Source: Candidatus Ozemobacteraceae bacterium
GTDB taxonomy: Bacteria; Muiribacteriota; Ozemobacteria; Ozemobacterales; Ozemobacteraceae
NCBI GenBank assembly: GCA_965140445.1
Contig: OZ223236.1
Location: 1,152,001-1,216,000, forward strand
DNA: 64,000 bases
Direction: 5' to 3'
The position numbers and the translations under genes are program-made. Under the pieces are notes generated by a model. That model worked only from the letters and a program-made list of their open reading frames with translations. It did no database searches and was not told the origin of the DNA. Below, piece by piece: positions 37,801 to 47,450 of the stretch; the stretch's first letter is position 1, and each line of letters begins with the position of its first letter.

Positions 37801-40800
37801 CAGGCCCTCTTGAGCGAATTGAAATTGTTGCTGCGGACAGGTTTGAAACAACATTTCCAGTGACATCAAATGCTCTTACAGCACAGGAGTAATCGCCTTG
37901 AGGGATTTCAGTTGTAATAGCTTCTGCAGTTACAAATTGTGCCTGAGTTGGCGAAAGCCAGGAAGTGAATGTGCAGACAATTTGCCTGGAAGTTGTTGCC
38001 AGGGTTAGATTTGGAACTGCAGACGCAAGCTGATTCATTGCTTCATTGAATGTTACTGTGAAGGTCGCTTGCCCAGCAGGGCTTGAACTAAGAGGCAAGC
38101 CACCCATAGCTACAACACTGTTAATGGAGGGGGCTGTCCAGTCAAAGATTATAGGGGTTACTGATGCTGTTCCCGTTGCAGGATTTCCAGCAAGATCAAA
38201 AGCACTGATATAGTATAGTCCTTGTTGGAAGCTATTTGTTTCTGAACTTGGTATGCTGTAATTGCTTTTTCCAGAAACATAATTTGTTTCCATTACATAA
38301 GAATGTGTTGCGGTCCCAGAGGCTACAATAAGGATGAGCTGGTCTGTTGCTACTGCTTGAAAAGCAACATTAAGATTTCCATGCAGTGAAGGATTATAGT
38401 AGAGTGGCATAGTGCTGGCATCAGAAACCGTTGTTATTGTTGCAACCTGAATTTCTGGTTCTACGGCATCATAAACCAGATGAGTCGAACAGGTTGCGCT
38501 TAGGTTTCCAATGTTGTCCAGAAGTTTAAATGAATAGGTTGCAGGGCCAATAAGGCCAGGAGTTCCGAAGAAAGCTGCATTAACTGTAACCGAGGCAGCA
38601 TTGCTTACGCCTGGATCTAGAGCTATGCTTGCCACCTGTGCGTTGGTTGCATCATATACAAGAACACTGTGAGGAACCTGGAAAGGCCCCTGATTATATG
38701 AAACAGAGAGCGTTGCAACAGTTGGAGATGCAATTGGACTGAATGGTGCATTCAAAATCTCAGTGTTGCCTAGTCTATAGGCCTGTTGGCTTCTCAGAGT
38801 TGCACTAAATGCCGGTGGGGTAGTGAATAATTCAATTTCAAATGTGCCTGTTGCTGGGTTGGTATTTTTGTTCCCAGCAACATCTATGGCGTTTGAAATC
38901 TGGAAGCTGTAAGTTCCTGGTGGTATAGAGCTGTTAATATCATTTGTATTGGTAAATCTGCAGGTGGTTCCATCAGACCATTGAACGAATGTCATTGGAA
39001 CGGTTACTGATGGTATTGTAGCTGACCCAGTGGATAACATCAGCGTTGGAGCCGAAGCCGTATTCATTGGTTCGCTAAAAGTTACAGAAAAGGTTCCTAC
39101 TCCAGCTGCCAGGCCACCAACAAGCCCTGGGCTTACTGATGTTACAGTTGGAGAAACTGTATCTACAATCATTATTGCAGTAGAAGCTATTCCTGTTGCC
39201 ATGTTTCCAGCGCTATCAGCACAGGTGATGAAATACGGTCCATCTGCCAGGGCAGAATTAAGCAAACCGCTTTGGATTCCGGTTCCTGCTGTGAGATCTG
39301 ATGAAATGGTAGCTAGTGTATTACCGATAATCAGTTTTACACTGTCGGTGGCTGTTGTGGTGAATTCAAAAGTTGCAGATGCTTGAACTGGAGAGTAATA
39401 CCAGGCAAGTCCTGGATAGGCTGCAGTAACTGTAGCAATGCTATTTGAGTTCTTGAGTTTTATCGCAGTTATATCCGGTACTATAGTGTCGTATACAAGA
39501 CTTGTTGGAAGGAAGCTGCCAGAGAGGTTTCCTGCTCCATCTAATATTTTGAACTTGTAAGTGCCATCTACGGCATTCCAGGTGCCACTGGCTCCTGTAA
39601 AACTAATTTCAACAGGGTCGCCAAGAGGAATCGCATAAGTGGCAACCTGATTGTCACTGTTGGCAGCGTCATAAATACCGAGAGTGTGTGGAGAGCTGAA
39701 CTGTCCACTTGGGTAGTCGATTCTTATTGTTGCGCTACCATTTCCGTATGCTGGGTTGAAGGCTCCATTGCTAACCAGAGCACTTGTTGGACCATAAATA
39801 TGTGTTTGGTCTGTAAGCGTATAAATCGTAGCAAATGGGCCTTTAGTCATAATTTCTACATTAAACTGACCATCTGCGACTGGTATTATTGAATTTTGTG
39901 CCAGATCGACACCCCCAGTAAGCCTGTAGGTATAGGTTCCTGTTGGCAGGGAAGTGTCAATTGCATTTGTGTTCATAAATACTGCTGTAGTAGCAAGGTC
40001 TGGGTCTTCCCATTTAACGAAAGTCATTGGGATAATTGTTCCAGCTGTTGAAGTTGCCAGCTGTAAAACTGGTGTATTGACTGCTGAAGCATCCATTGGC
40101 TCTGAGAAGGCAACTCTGAAGTTCATGGCTCCAGCGCCACAGTTCCCTATAAGGTCGGATGGGGTTATTGCAACTACATTAGGTCTGGCATTATCCACTA
40201 CGAACTCTTTTGCTGTAAAAGCAGGAGCAGGGTTCCCAGCTGCATCAATAATGGTAAGAGTGTAAGACCCGTTCGCAAGGTTTACGCCATGACTTACTGT
40301 ATAGTTTAAAGCTGAACTGTGAGTCATGGCCAGCGTTGATGTGGCCATTGTTGAGCGTATAGCAAGTCTAAGCTCATCATTAGTGCTTGCTGTGACGGCT
40401 GAGAGCGTAAAATTTCCATTTATGGGACTATAATAAGTTATGCCAGAAGTCGTTGTAGAACCAACGTTGGCAAAGTTTGCCGCAGCAATGTCAGGTGGGA
40501 GTGTGTCAAAGTTGATGTCTTTCAAAGCTCCGGTTACGTTTGCGGCTGAGTCGATGATTTTTACCGAATAAACCAAAGGACCTGCTGAAGCTGGTGCCAC
40601 GTCAAAGTCGCTCAGGTTAAATGTTGCTGTTCCATTTGTTGAGAATAAATTAGTGGCTAATACCACATCTCCGATTTTGGCATCAAGACTGTCGTAAAGA
40701 GCCAGGTAGTGGGGGAGATGTTTAGTTGGAATCGAATCGTATTTTACTTTGAAAACTGCATAGCCTGGTGATACTGCCGTACTCCAAACGTTGTCTGTTA

Positions 40801-43800
40801 AATCAACTGATGGATCTACAATATCCTGCCTGGTTGTAATATGAATGTTGCCAGCCTGAACCTCGGGAGAGTCGGTTCTAATTTGTACTAAAGTTGAGGA
40901 GACGCCTGTCTGAGAATTGTCTGCTTCATCTTTGGCATTAGAGACTTCGTAAGTCCAGGTTCCATTAGTAATGGAAGAATCGAAAGCAATATTGTTTTTA
41001 AATTCAACTGTTGTTGAAGAAATCCAGCTTGAGTAACTGAAGCTAAGAGTCTGAGTTGTAGTTGCAAGTCTGAAGGTTGGAATTACAGTCTGATTCATTG
41101 GCTCATCAAAGATTATTTTGAATGAGGTGTTTGCCGGTATGCGGCCAATTATTCCCGCTGGAACAATGTTTGAAACTACTGGAGACTGCGAATCAATAAG
41201 AAGAGTCGGAGACGCAGTATCGTTAAAACCTGTAGCTGTTAGATCATTTTTTGAATTCAAGTCGTAGCACTGGCTTGCAAGTATATTGTTGGTAACATTG
41301 CTAAAAACATCTGTAATCCCATCAACTTGAACCATTGCTGGAACTCTCTGCAGATTTATAGGGAATGCAGATGAGTTTGTGAATCTAAAAACAGTTCTGG
41401 TCACGCCATTTACTGTTCTGGTTCCTACGCTTACAAAATTAGCTCCAGTAAGTGTCGTCGCTGGATTATCCTGTCTGACGATCTTTGCGGTTGGGTGAAT
41501 CTGAGTCTGTATTGGAACAGAGACGCTTCCAATTTGTGGTGGGAACACTTCAACTTCAAAAATCAATCCTGAAGGTGTTTTTATTCCTACCGGCGGTTTG
41601 TCAGCAGAAGAGCAGGCTGCCAGTGTCGCACCGGTATAGCCTGTTGGAGAGGTTACGGTTACCGCTCCTGGATTTCCTGAAGGAAGGTATGCAGTGTTTG
41701 GGGTTCCCCACCAATTGTGGAACGCACCTGAATTTATCTTTAAACGCCAATCTGGAGTGGCATTTCCCTGGAACAGATTTAAGATGTTTTGAATATCTTG
41801 ATTCGTAAGTTTGAGCACGAGGGTATTTGTGGCAACTCTATTGTCAGAAGGAATCTCAAGATCCTTTAGCTGAAGAACAGTGTTTGTTCCAGCGTCAATA
41901 TCGTAGAGAGAAATCTGATTATGGAAAGTTGTAACTGCTTTACTTAAACTTGGAACAGGCATTATTAGCTCTGGGCCAGTTGCATTCAAAGTTTTAAAGT
42001 CATTTGCAAACAATAACATCTCGTCAGTAGTTGAGAATGCCAGTGTTTGGCTGCTCATATCTATAATTGGCTCTAAAGCTGGTCCATTAATGCTGAATCC
42101 AGCGACTGGGCGATTGTCTAAAGCAGCAATCGGGGCAGAAGTTGGAACATTTGCCATAGCTCTATCAAGTGGATCTCTCAAAAAGACATGAGCACTTGAA
42201 CGGGTCGCGAACATCAATTTGGTTGATGTATTATTGGTGAGTTTCTTAGCGACCCAGTAGGTAGCAGAAGCGTTGAGGGTAATCTCAAGGTGGGAATCGT
42301 CGACCCAGTTAACGCTATCGGTGGCGTTAAAAATATAGCCTGTTGTATAGTCGATATCAGTAAAGTCATAAGTTAGCGGGCTTGTAATCAAAACAGCATT
42401 TGATGCAATCAGACTATCTCTGTCCATGTTTTTACTGAAGTAAAGATTTATTTTTGTTGGCGCAGGCCAATTTTGAACCATGGTAAATTGTGTAATTCTA
42501 CCTGCTTCTCTCCAGCTGCTATCGGTTATGTTAATTGGGTGATAGTTTACTGTTGGAAGCCAGTTGCCAGCTCTGTCGGTTAATGGAGCCGTTGTCTTGG
42601 TGTGAGCTACTTGCAGATAAATCGGAGTAGAAGCCCATTGTGCTATGGCTTTTTGTTGGGCTAAAGTTAAACTTATATCGAAGCTGAAGAGCCCATCGGA
42701 AACTATTGCAGTAGCAAGACTGAGATTAACTTCAAAGTCCAGTGGCAGTGTGTTGCTGCCAACAATTTTTAATTGATCGGTGTCGATCGAACCTGTTTCA
42801 TATTCTTCTGATAAATTAACGGTCAAAGTTGCTCCATTAAAGTTTGCAGAAGTGATTTTCGGGAAAACGTTATCAATAATAAAGGTTTGTGATGCTGAAA
42901 CTTTATTTCCAGCCTGATCCTGAACTGTGATTAAAATGTCTTTTTCTTCATAATCCACAGGAGGAAGAGCAGAAGCTTTAACTCCAACAGTAGAAGTTGC
43001 GCTGTCTCCTGTTACTGTGAGGGCAACCTGACCGCTTGCAACCGATGCAAAGTCGAGCCAGGCATTTAGAATTGGCACAGAGCTGGCCACTTTTACATAT
43101 CCAAAAAGAAGATCCCCTGAAGTGCTTGAACCAACGTTGTATACTGGCAATGGACCGGCTGTTTGTGCAAGATAATCTGGGTTTAACGTGAACGAGCTTA
43201 TGCTGATTGCTGGTGGAATATTTCTGACGGTGAATACGGAAGTGCCAGTCACCATTGTTGAAACATTTCCGATTGTGTCGGTTGCGGTTAATTTGAAATC
43301 CAAAGTATTGTTGTCAAGGATTCCCCAGTTTGCTGTGCCTGGCGCACCAACGGTGAATACAGCTTCGTGTCTGTTAGTTGAAGCGTTAAAGTTCATTGTT
43401 GCCGTTGCAAAATCAACTGATCCAGAGCCAATAGTCGCATGGATCATTGCCAGATCTAAATAAGGACTGGCACTGGCATATACGGTGATAACATCATTGA
43501 TATTCGCTACTGTTGCAATTGGATTATCGTTATTAGTTGTGCTGATTAAGATTCCTGGAGTTGTAAAAGATGCTGGCTGGCAATCTACTTTGGCTATTTT
43601 TGCCGACTCAACAATGATCAGGTTATCATTTTTATCTGTCAGTTTTGCTTTAAATTTATAGTCAATGAAGCTTTGTGTTGCAATTGCAGATGTGACATTT
43701 AAGGTATAAGTGCCAAGACCATTATAGGTCATTTGTTCACTGGTAGTGAAACCTATCGGGGATAGGTCTATAGTTGCGGTTCCTGGATTTGAGGTATTAG

Positions 43801-46800
43801 AAATGCTAATCTGGAAAGTTACGGGATCTCCAACTTTTATTGAACCATCTGCAGGAACAAGGGCAACCGTAAGATTGCCAATAGATTCCGGTGGCGTGTT
43901 ATCTATAGTAAGAACGTTTGTTGAAGCGGTAGCATAGTTTTGGTCATTATCCCAGAAGGTGATAGTAAAAGATGCTGCCGAAGTCAGAGGATTGGAAGTT
44001 TCGTCGTAAGAACCTGTGCCAATTAAAGTGGTATAAGCGTAAAGTCCACTGCCAGTGTCGACCAGAGGTTGATTAGCGCTCCCACCTATAGCGGATAAAT
44101 TTACTGTTGGCGCAACTCCCTCATTATATAATACTCTGGCGGAAATTTTAATCTCATCTCCAATTCCCAGTGGCTGAACTCCGGCTTCAATTGTAGCTGT
44201 AGCGCCTAAAACTTCGGGAATCTGACAGTCAACTTTATATGCATTTGAAGTTGCCAGGCTTGAGTTTCCTGATAAGTCATAGATCATTGCATTGAAAATA
44301 TGGCTACCAAATTCAGAAGTTGTTGATGCTGTATCAATCAAGTAAGAATAGGATGCGGTATCGCTTGCCATCAAAACGCTTGCGCCCTGTCCGATAGCAG
44401 AAAGATCTATGGTGGCTGTTGCATGATCAACAGAGTATGTTGAATATGGGATTTTGAAGCTTACTATTTTATTAAAGTTTATGGTTCCTGAAACGGAATC
44501 TGTTCTTCCGGGTTTGTTGACTGATGCATCAATAATAAAATCATTGATTGTAATGGGTTGGTTATCTATTGGGATGGCAATAATTGTTGAAGTTGCGTTT
44601 CCAGCGTTATCTGTTGCTGTAATTGTAAATGAGGCAGGGCTTCTGTTTATTGTTCCTGTTGCGACTCCGCCAGGAAGAACATAATCATACCAGCCGCTAT
44701 TGGATGCAGAAGCAGTCATATTAGAAGTGGCTGGCTGTCCAAGTGGAAGCATGTTTATTTGAAGTGATGAAAATTCACCTGTGGCTGTGCTTGCACTGGC
44801 AAGATTTACATGAAATGACAAGAAATCCTGGATTCGAACAAATCCATCGTCAATTGTTGGATTAACAAGATGATATGAATTGGTTCCTACTCCTACGATG
44901 AATGGAGGTTCATTATCAATCATCATTGAGTTGGTATTTGCAGAAACAAGGTGAGCTAAGGCGTCAGATCCTCCGGCAACAGCTGTATCTGAAATTGTTA
45001 CTTTGAAGAAGGTTGTTCCATCTCTAACTATTCCCGCTGCGATTGAGTCAGCAAGAACAAAAGTGGAGCTATAAGTATTTGGTGTTGTAAGTGGAAGTAT
45101 TGTATTTGTACTACTTCCCAACGCACTTAGGTCTACAGTGACAGAGCCGTTTTCAACACCAGTTGTACTAACTGTTATAGTAAAAATGTCTCCAACACTG
45201 ATATTTGCGTCAGAATTGGACAGGGTTGCACTATTTATTACTGGTAAGGTGTTATCGATTGTTATTGCTGGAGAGGTACTGTTTTTTACAATTTGCTCAG
45301 AGTTTTTGTCCAGAACGGTTACCAGAAATGTGTGTGCCACATTGTCTTCAAGAGATCCAGCTGGAATAGTATAAGTTGCAACATAGTTGTCTGTTCCGCT
45401 AACTTTTGGCATTGCCAGAGCAGCTGGCCCACCTATGGAACTTAAGTCAACTGTTGCGGTAAGTGGTGCAATAGTTCCGGTAATTGGGACTGTTGCTGTG
45501 ATTTGAAGCTTGCAAGATGTTGTTGCTACCGTATATGGAGAGTCTGTTCCGTTTGGATAAAAAACGTCTGCATTCAGAACTAGATTTCCATTGTAAAATC
45601 GATGCGTTGGTGTGCTGGAAGCTATTGCATGAGCTAATAAAGCAGCATTTGGCGGTGCTAGAATATCTCTTGCTGTGACAGGAAAGCTCCTTGCGCCTGC
45701 AACAAATGGAATCGCGCCTCCGCTGGCATTTAGTGTAAAGGTCCCTGCATATGTTGTTCCAGATTGAAATGTTAATGGAGAAAAAGGACTTTGCCCGATG
45801 CTTGATAAATCAACAGTTACTGAGCCTGTTTCAAGATTTGTTGCATCAGCTGTTATAGTAAACTGATCGCCAGATAGCACTATAGCTTCTGCGCTAGTGA
45901 TGGTTACATTTGAAATGGTTGGCTGAACATTGTCGATTTGAATTGCCGGGGTAGTTGATTGTAAAACTGTATTCCCTGCTCCATCAACAGCAGAAACCTG
46001 AAAGGTGTGATTGGCTGTATCTTCAATTGAGCCTGCTACTATCGGATAGACGAATTTGTATTCTCCTGTTGGGGACACTGCCATATCCTGGTCGACGGGA
46101 CCACCAATTGGAGACAAATCTACTTTCACAGTAAGTGTGTCGGGAGTAACATTTATTGGTATTGAAGCAACAATTTCTAGAGAACAGGTCGTTGTTGCAA
46201 CGTTCCATGGTGAGTCTGAACCATCCGGGTAAAGAATATTTGCATTCAAATAGTTGAATGCAGGCTTGTCCAGATCTATTTTGAAAATTTTGTCAATCCG
46301 GTTAACATTGCCGCTGTCATCTTTAAAAGTAAAGGTAACAAGCATTGCATCATCTTTTATTTGTCCCGTGCTTAAATTTACAGTTGTCTGCCAGACTGCC
46401 GGATTTCCATCGCCAGCCGAGCTTATAGGTGCACCAAAATCCAATCCGGTGTTGATTGTTGCCGGAGTTGCCCCTGAAGTTAAAAGGGGGATTGTAACGC
46501 TTGCGGTTTCTCCATCAAACTGACTTACAGCGGCCGTCAATCGAAGAACATCTCCATCTAACGCAGTTGTATTGCCAGAAACTATTTCAACCTTGGTTGT
46601 AACTGTATCAACAACTGGTGGTCGGGTATCTAAAATAAAATCATTTGATATAAAGGTTTGAATTGGATTTAGAGGATCTTTAAGACTGATACTTAATGGG
46701 CCCGTATACTCTTTATTGACGAGATACAATTGAGTCGTTGCGTCAAGGGTTAAGCGGAACAGTCCGCCTGCTCCAGTATATGGAACAGCAACATTGTTTA

Positions 46801-47362
46801 CTCCTCCAATTGGTGTGAGATCTACTGTAGCTTTTGTGCCACCATTTGGCGCTGATTGGTATCTGTTATCTGTGATGCTAATGGTAATGTCTTGTCCATT
46901 TGCTACTACTGCTGGTGATACAGTTGGAGATTGCCCGTCAACCTGTGCTAAATCAACAAGAATAGAGTTTGTTTGATTAGATAATGTGTCGGTTGTTGAT
47001 TGACAACCGACGGTCACGTCAGTTAGGGCGGGAGTATTAATATAGTTCAGAGCATCAACTGGCTGACTTAAAACTACGTCAGCTCTATAAAGTCCTGTTG
47101 TAGCATTCACCAGGTTCATCGAAAACTGACCCAGACCAAAGTTAGCACAATCGACATAAGGAGCTATTATCCATGCAGTGGTTGGCGCGGTATAGGTTGC
47201 AATGGCTTCAACTCTTACTGTGTCTCCAATATTGGTATAACCGTCCCCATCAACAATTGGGGATAAACTTAATGTTGATAGATAGGTTGCAGCCGAAGCT
47301 GAACCTATAAAAAATAATTGGAGAACTGCTATAGCGAAAAATAGCGCCAAATATCGCTTCAT
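34841..47362 (-). CDS. Giant secreted Ig-repeat surface protein (4173 aa) with T9SS-CTD/FlgD-like C-terminal domain
   Basis: Signal peptide ending ASA; repeated VDLS.IGG / D.AGN / IDN.PP modules, F.EPM Ig domains, WDGTN....VIDG.Y; C-terminus YPNP...IYDSAGHKV...NGVYFAK...KLAVLR; RBS AAGGAG. Confidence 0.9.
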   Translation of the reverse strand: MKRYLALFFAIAVLQLFFIGSASAATYLSTLSLSPIVDGDGYTNIGDTVRVEAIATYTAPTTAWIIAPYVDCANFGLGQFSMNLVNATTGLYRADVVLSQPVDALNYINTPALTDVTVGCQSTTDTLSNQTNSILVDLAQVDGQSPTVSPAVVANGQDITISITDNRYQSAPNGGTKATVDLTPIGGVNNVAVPYTGAGGLFRLTLDATTQLYLVNKEYTGPLSISLKDPLNPIQTFISNDFILDTRPPVVDTVTTKVEIVSGNTTALDGDVLRLTAAVSQFDGETASVTIPLLTSGATPATINTGLDFGAPISSAGDGNPAVWQTTVNLSTGQIKDDAMLVTFTFKDDSGNVNRIDKIFKIDLDKPAFNYLNANILYPDGSDSPWNVATTTCSLEIVASIPINVTPDTLTVKVDLSPIGGPVDQDMAVSPTGEYKFVYPIVAGSIEDTANHTFQVSAVDGAGNTVLQSTTPAIQIDNVQPTISNVTITSAEAIVLSGDQFTITADATNLETGSVTVDLSSIGQSPFSPLTFQSGTTYAGTFTLNASGGAIPFVAGARSFPVTARDILAPPNAALLAHAIASSTPTHRFYNGNLVLNADVFYPNGTDSPYTVATTSCKLQITATVPITGTIAPLTATVDLSSIGGPAALAMPKVSGTDNYVATYTIPAGSLEDNVAHTFLVTVLDKNSEQIVKNSTSPAITIDNTLPVINSATLSNSDANISVGDIFTITVSTTGVENGSVTVDLSALGSSTNTILPLTTPNTYSSTFVLADSIAAGIVRDGTTFFKVTISDTAVAGGSDALAHLVSANTNSMMIDNEPPFIVGVGTNSYHLVNPTIDDGFVRIQDFLSFHVNLASASTATGEFSSLQINMLPLGQPATSNMTASASNSGWYDYVLPGGVATGTINRSPASFTITATDNAGNATSTIIAIPIDNQPITINDFIIDASVNKPGRTDSVSGTINFNKIVSFKIPYSTYSVDHATATIDLSAIGQGASVLMASDTASYSYLIDTASTTSEFGSHIFNAMIYDLSGNSSLATSNAYKVDCQIPEVLGATATIEAGVQPLGIGDEIKISARVLYNEGVAPTVNLSAIGGSANQPLVDTGSGLYAYTTLIGTGSYDETSNPLTSAASFTITFWDNDQNYATASTNVLTIDNTPPESIGNLTVALVPADGSIKVGDPVTFQISISNTSNPGTATIDLSPIGFTTSEQMTYNGLGTYTLNVTSAIATQSFIDYKFKAKLTDKNDNLIIVESAKIAKVDCQPASFTTPGILISTTNNDNPIATVANINDVITVYASASPYLDLAMIHATIGSGSVDFATATMNFNASTNRHEAVFTVGAPGTANWGILDNNTLDFKLTATDTIGNVSTMVTGTSVFTVRNIPPAISISSFTLNPDYLAQTAGPLPVYNVGSSTSGDLLFGYVKVASSVPILNAWLDFASVASGQVALTVTGDSATSTVGVKASALPPVDYEEKDILITVQDQAGNKVSASQTFIIDNVFPKITSANFNGATLTVNLSEEYETGSIDTDQLKIVGSNTLPLDFEVNLSLATAIVSDGLFSFDISLTLAQQKAIAQWASTPIYLQVAHTKTTAPLTDRAGNWLPTVNYHPINITDSSWREAGRITQFTMVQNWPAPTKINLYFSKNMDRDSLIASNAVLITSPLTYDFTDIDYTTGYIFNATDSVNWVDDSHLEITLNASATYWVAKKLTNNTSTKLMFATRSSAHVFLRDPLDRAMANVPTSAPIAALDNRPVAGFSINGPALEPIIDMSSQTLAFSTTDEMLLFANDFKTLNATGPELIMPVPSLSKAVTTFHNQISLYDIDAGTNTVLQLKDLEIPSDNRVATNTLVLKLTNQDIQNILNLFQGNATPDWRLKINSGAFHNWWGTPNTAYLPSGNPGAVTVTSPTGYTGATLAACSSADKPPVGIKTPSGLIFEVEVFPPQIGSVSVPIQTQIHPTAKIVRQDNPATTLTGANFVSVGTRTVNGVTRTVFRFTNSSAFPINLQRVPAMVQVDGITDVFSNVTNNILASQCYDLNSKNDLTATGFNDTASPTLLIDSQSPVVSNIVPAGIIGRIPANTSFKIIFDEPMNQTVIPTFRLATTTQTLSFSYSSWISSTTVEFKNNIAFDSSITNGTWTYEVSNAKDEADNSQTGVSSTLVQIRTDSPEVQAGNIHITTRQDIVDPSVDLTDNVWSTAVSPGYAVFKVKYDSIPTKHLPHYLALYDSLDAKIGDVVLATNLFSTNGTATFNLSDFDVAPASAGPLVYSVKIIDSAANVTGALKDINFDTLPPDIAAANFANVGSTTTSGITYYSPINGNFTLSAVTASTNDELRLAIRSTMATSTLAMTHSSALNYTVSHGVNLANGSYTLTIIDAAGNPAPAFTAKEFVVDNARPNVVAITPSDLIGNCGAGAMNFRVAFSEPMDASAVNTPVLQLATSTAGTIIPMTFVKWEDPDLATTAVFMNTNAIDTSLPTGTYTYRLTGGVDLAQNSIIPVADGQFNVEIMTKGPFATIYTLTDQTHIYGPTSALVSNGAFNPAYGNGSATIRIDYPSGQFSSPHTLGIYDAANSDNQVATYAIPLGDPVEISFTGASGTWNAVDGTYKFKILDGAGNLSGSFLPTSLVYDTIVPDITAIKLKNSNSIATVTAAYPGLAWYYSPVQASATFEFTTTATDSVKLIIGNTLATISSDLTAGTGIQSGLLNSALADGPYFITCADSAGNMATGIASTAIMIVDTVSPTVTSVSPGLVGGLAAGVGTFSVTFSEPMNTASAPTLMLSTGSATIPSVTVPMTFVQWSDGTTCRFTNTNDINSSIPPGTYSFQISNAIDVAGNKNTNPATGTFEIELFTTPPAFSATLRSQQAYRLGNTEILNAPFSPIASPTVATLSVSYNQGPFQVPHSVLVYDATNAQVASIALDPGVSNAASVTVNAAFFGTPGLIGPATYSFKLLDNIGNLSATCSTHLVYDAVEPEIQVATITTVSDASTMPLYYNPSLHGNLNVAFQAVATDQLILIVASGTATHSYVMETNYVSGKSNYSIPSSETNSFQQGLYYISAFDLAGNPATGTASVTPIIFDWTAPSINSVVAMGGLPLSSSPAGQATFTVTFNEAMNQLASAVPNLTLATTSRQIVCTFTSWLSPTQAQFVTAEAITTEIPQGDYSCAVRAFDVTGNVVSNLSAATISIRSRGPAVSSFKTSSFQSTTASSATEILTNAPFSFAVSPNAATMSIQLQSLPDSLPTYLHFTLADVTVASYVLALDGNNAATFTWSTATGPAPIGPTTYVMKLADGSGDFSIENFSWTMDASAPSVLSQAITGGETATAAVYFNPGIHGVISARYSAVENESPLIRVRGTNSTDTYQMAADGTNYWIGAFNGRYSRGTDPKAVMPDGTYVFDMVDRAGNVALLASGSALSSTVIIDTKAPGISTYSLLLAGNPVTTFSPSGGTLEIGITTPEILGETGIYWIEVLNSSDVRIKKLPILNVLGNYKAYWDGTNTAGSVVIDGIYKFRALDYTGNKASGTASINAITSRFKITGINQISSTSVKIWMNHPIDATSIAGANISTTGLTVSNIALAESQALTMNVSPAMSHQTSYTFTIATGTLRSIHGALIAGPENAGILVADGQGPKVSSVSFEGLSGQQEFKLVFDELFSPTSASNVSNYSLVGPSGAVSVVQATPQSDQKTVLITAASSLIENASYTIFVTNVQDKFGNPTPTSGNSYSFVGRDLTPPVLEVSAFSNPANEYDIIVVVTSNEKLQTAPSLQIAQSNASVVTTAMQAGAATGSYMIGVHLSPSYPGNGTLVAYGKDAAGNQGTGNSTFTVAYLSANVAASVKSQDNSMLVVMNKNSLKKASMLKILEHKLQTTQNKIIPKLQEMLRASSLSLSSTDQSELSPISEGYEIDLPRANISGLFSVEVGTPATYTTGMGLFKQNGDKWDFVSASRNKTGNLYTQTNETGVYAILLDGKAPEIKLSNKDQEIEEFNTARPEFTGTITDNGSGVDATELSASIDNGPSQPVRFDGAGNFWFKPMSELTGGDHELVISAVDKTGNRANSAAIRFAVIAPLSITQIMQYPNPARRKTFIRISANRNDINEDFINVRIYDSAGHKVKTLNGIRAVRESWGVNSRFLYDIPWDLSNDRGKTVSNGVYFAKVTVRDPDNPSKKIKRVHKLAVLR

Positions 47363-47450
47363 TACTACTCCTTATTTGGCCGGACTGTTTGCCTTATTTG
47401 ATGTATATTTAGCCCAGGCTTTTTTATATTCAGATAGTTATTCCCCCTGT

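Noticed and set aside
24035..46976. Many 60-130 aa ORFs antisense to or nested in the giant genes and lipoproteins (e.g. 28602..28970, 34482..34865, 39030..39386)
   Set aside because: Shadow frames of long, clearly coding genes; Val/Pro/Ala-rich mirror composition, no recognisable motifs
22181..47362. Genomic island or prophage interpretation of the giant locus; also T1SS/RTX or autotransporter interpretation
   Set aside because: No integrase, tRNA, att repeats or evident compositional shift; no GGxGxD nonapeptides, ABC/MFP genes or C-terminal barrel in the giant proteins
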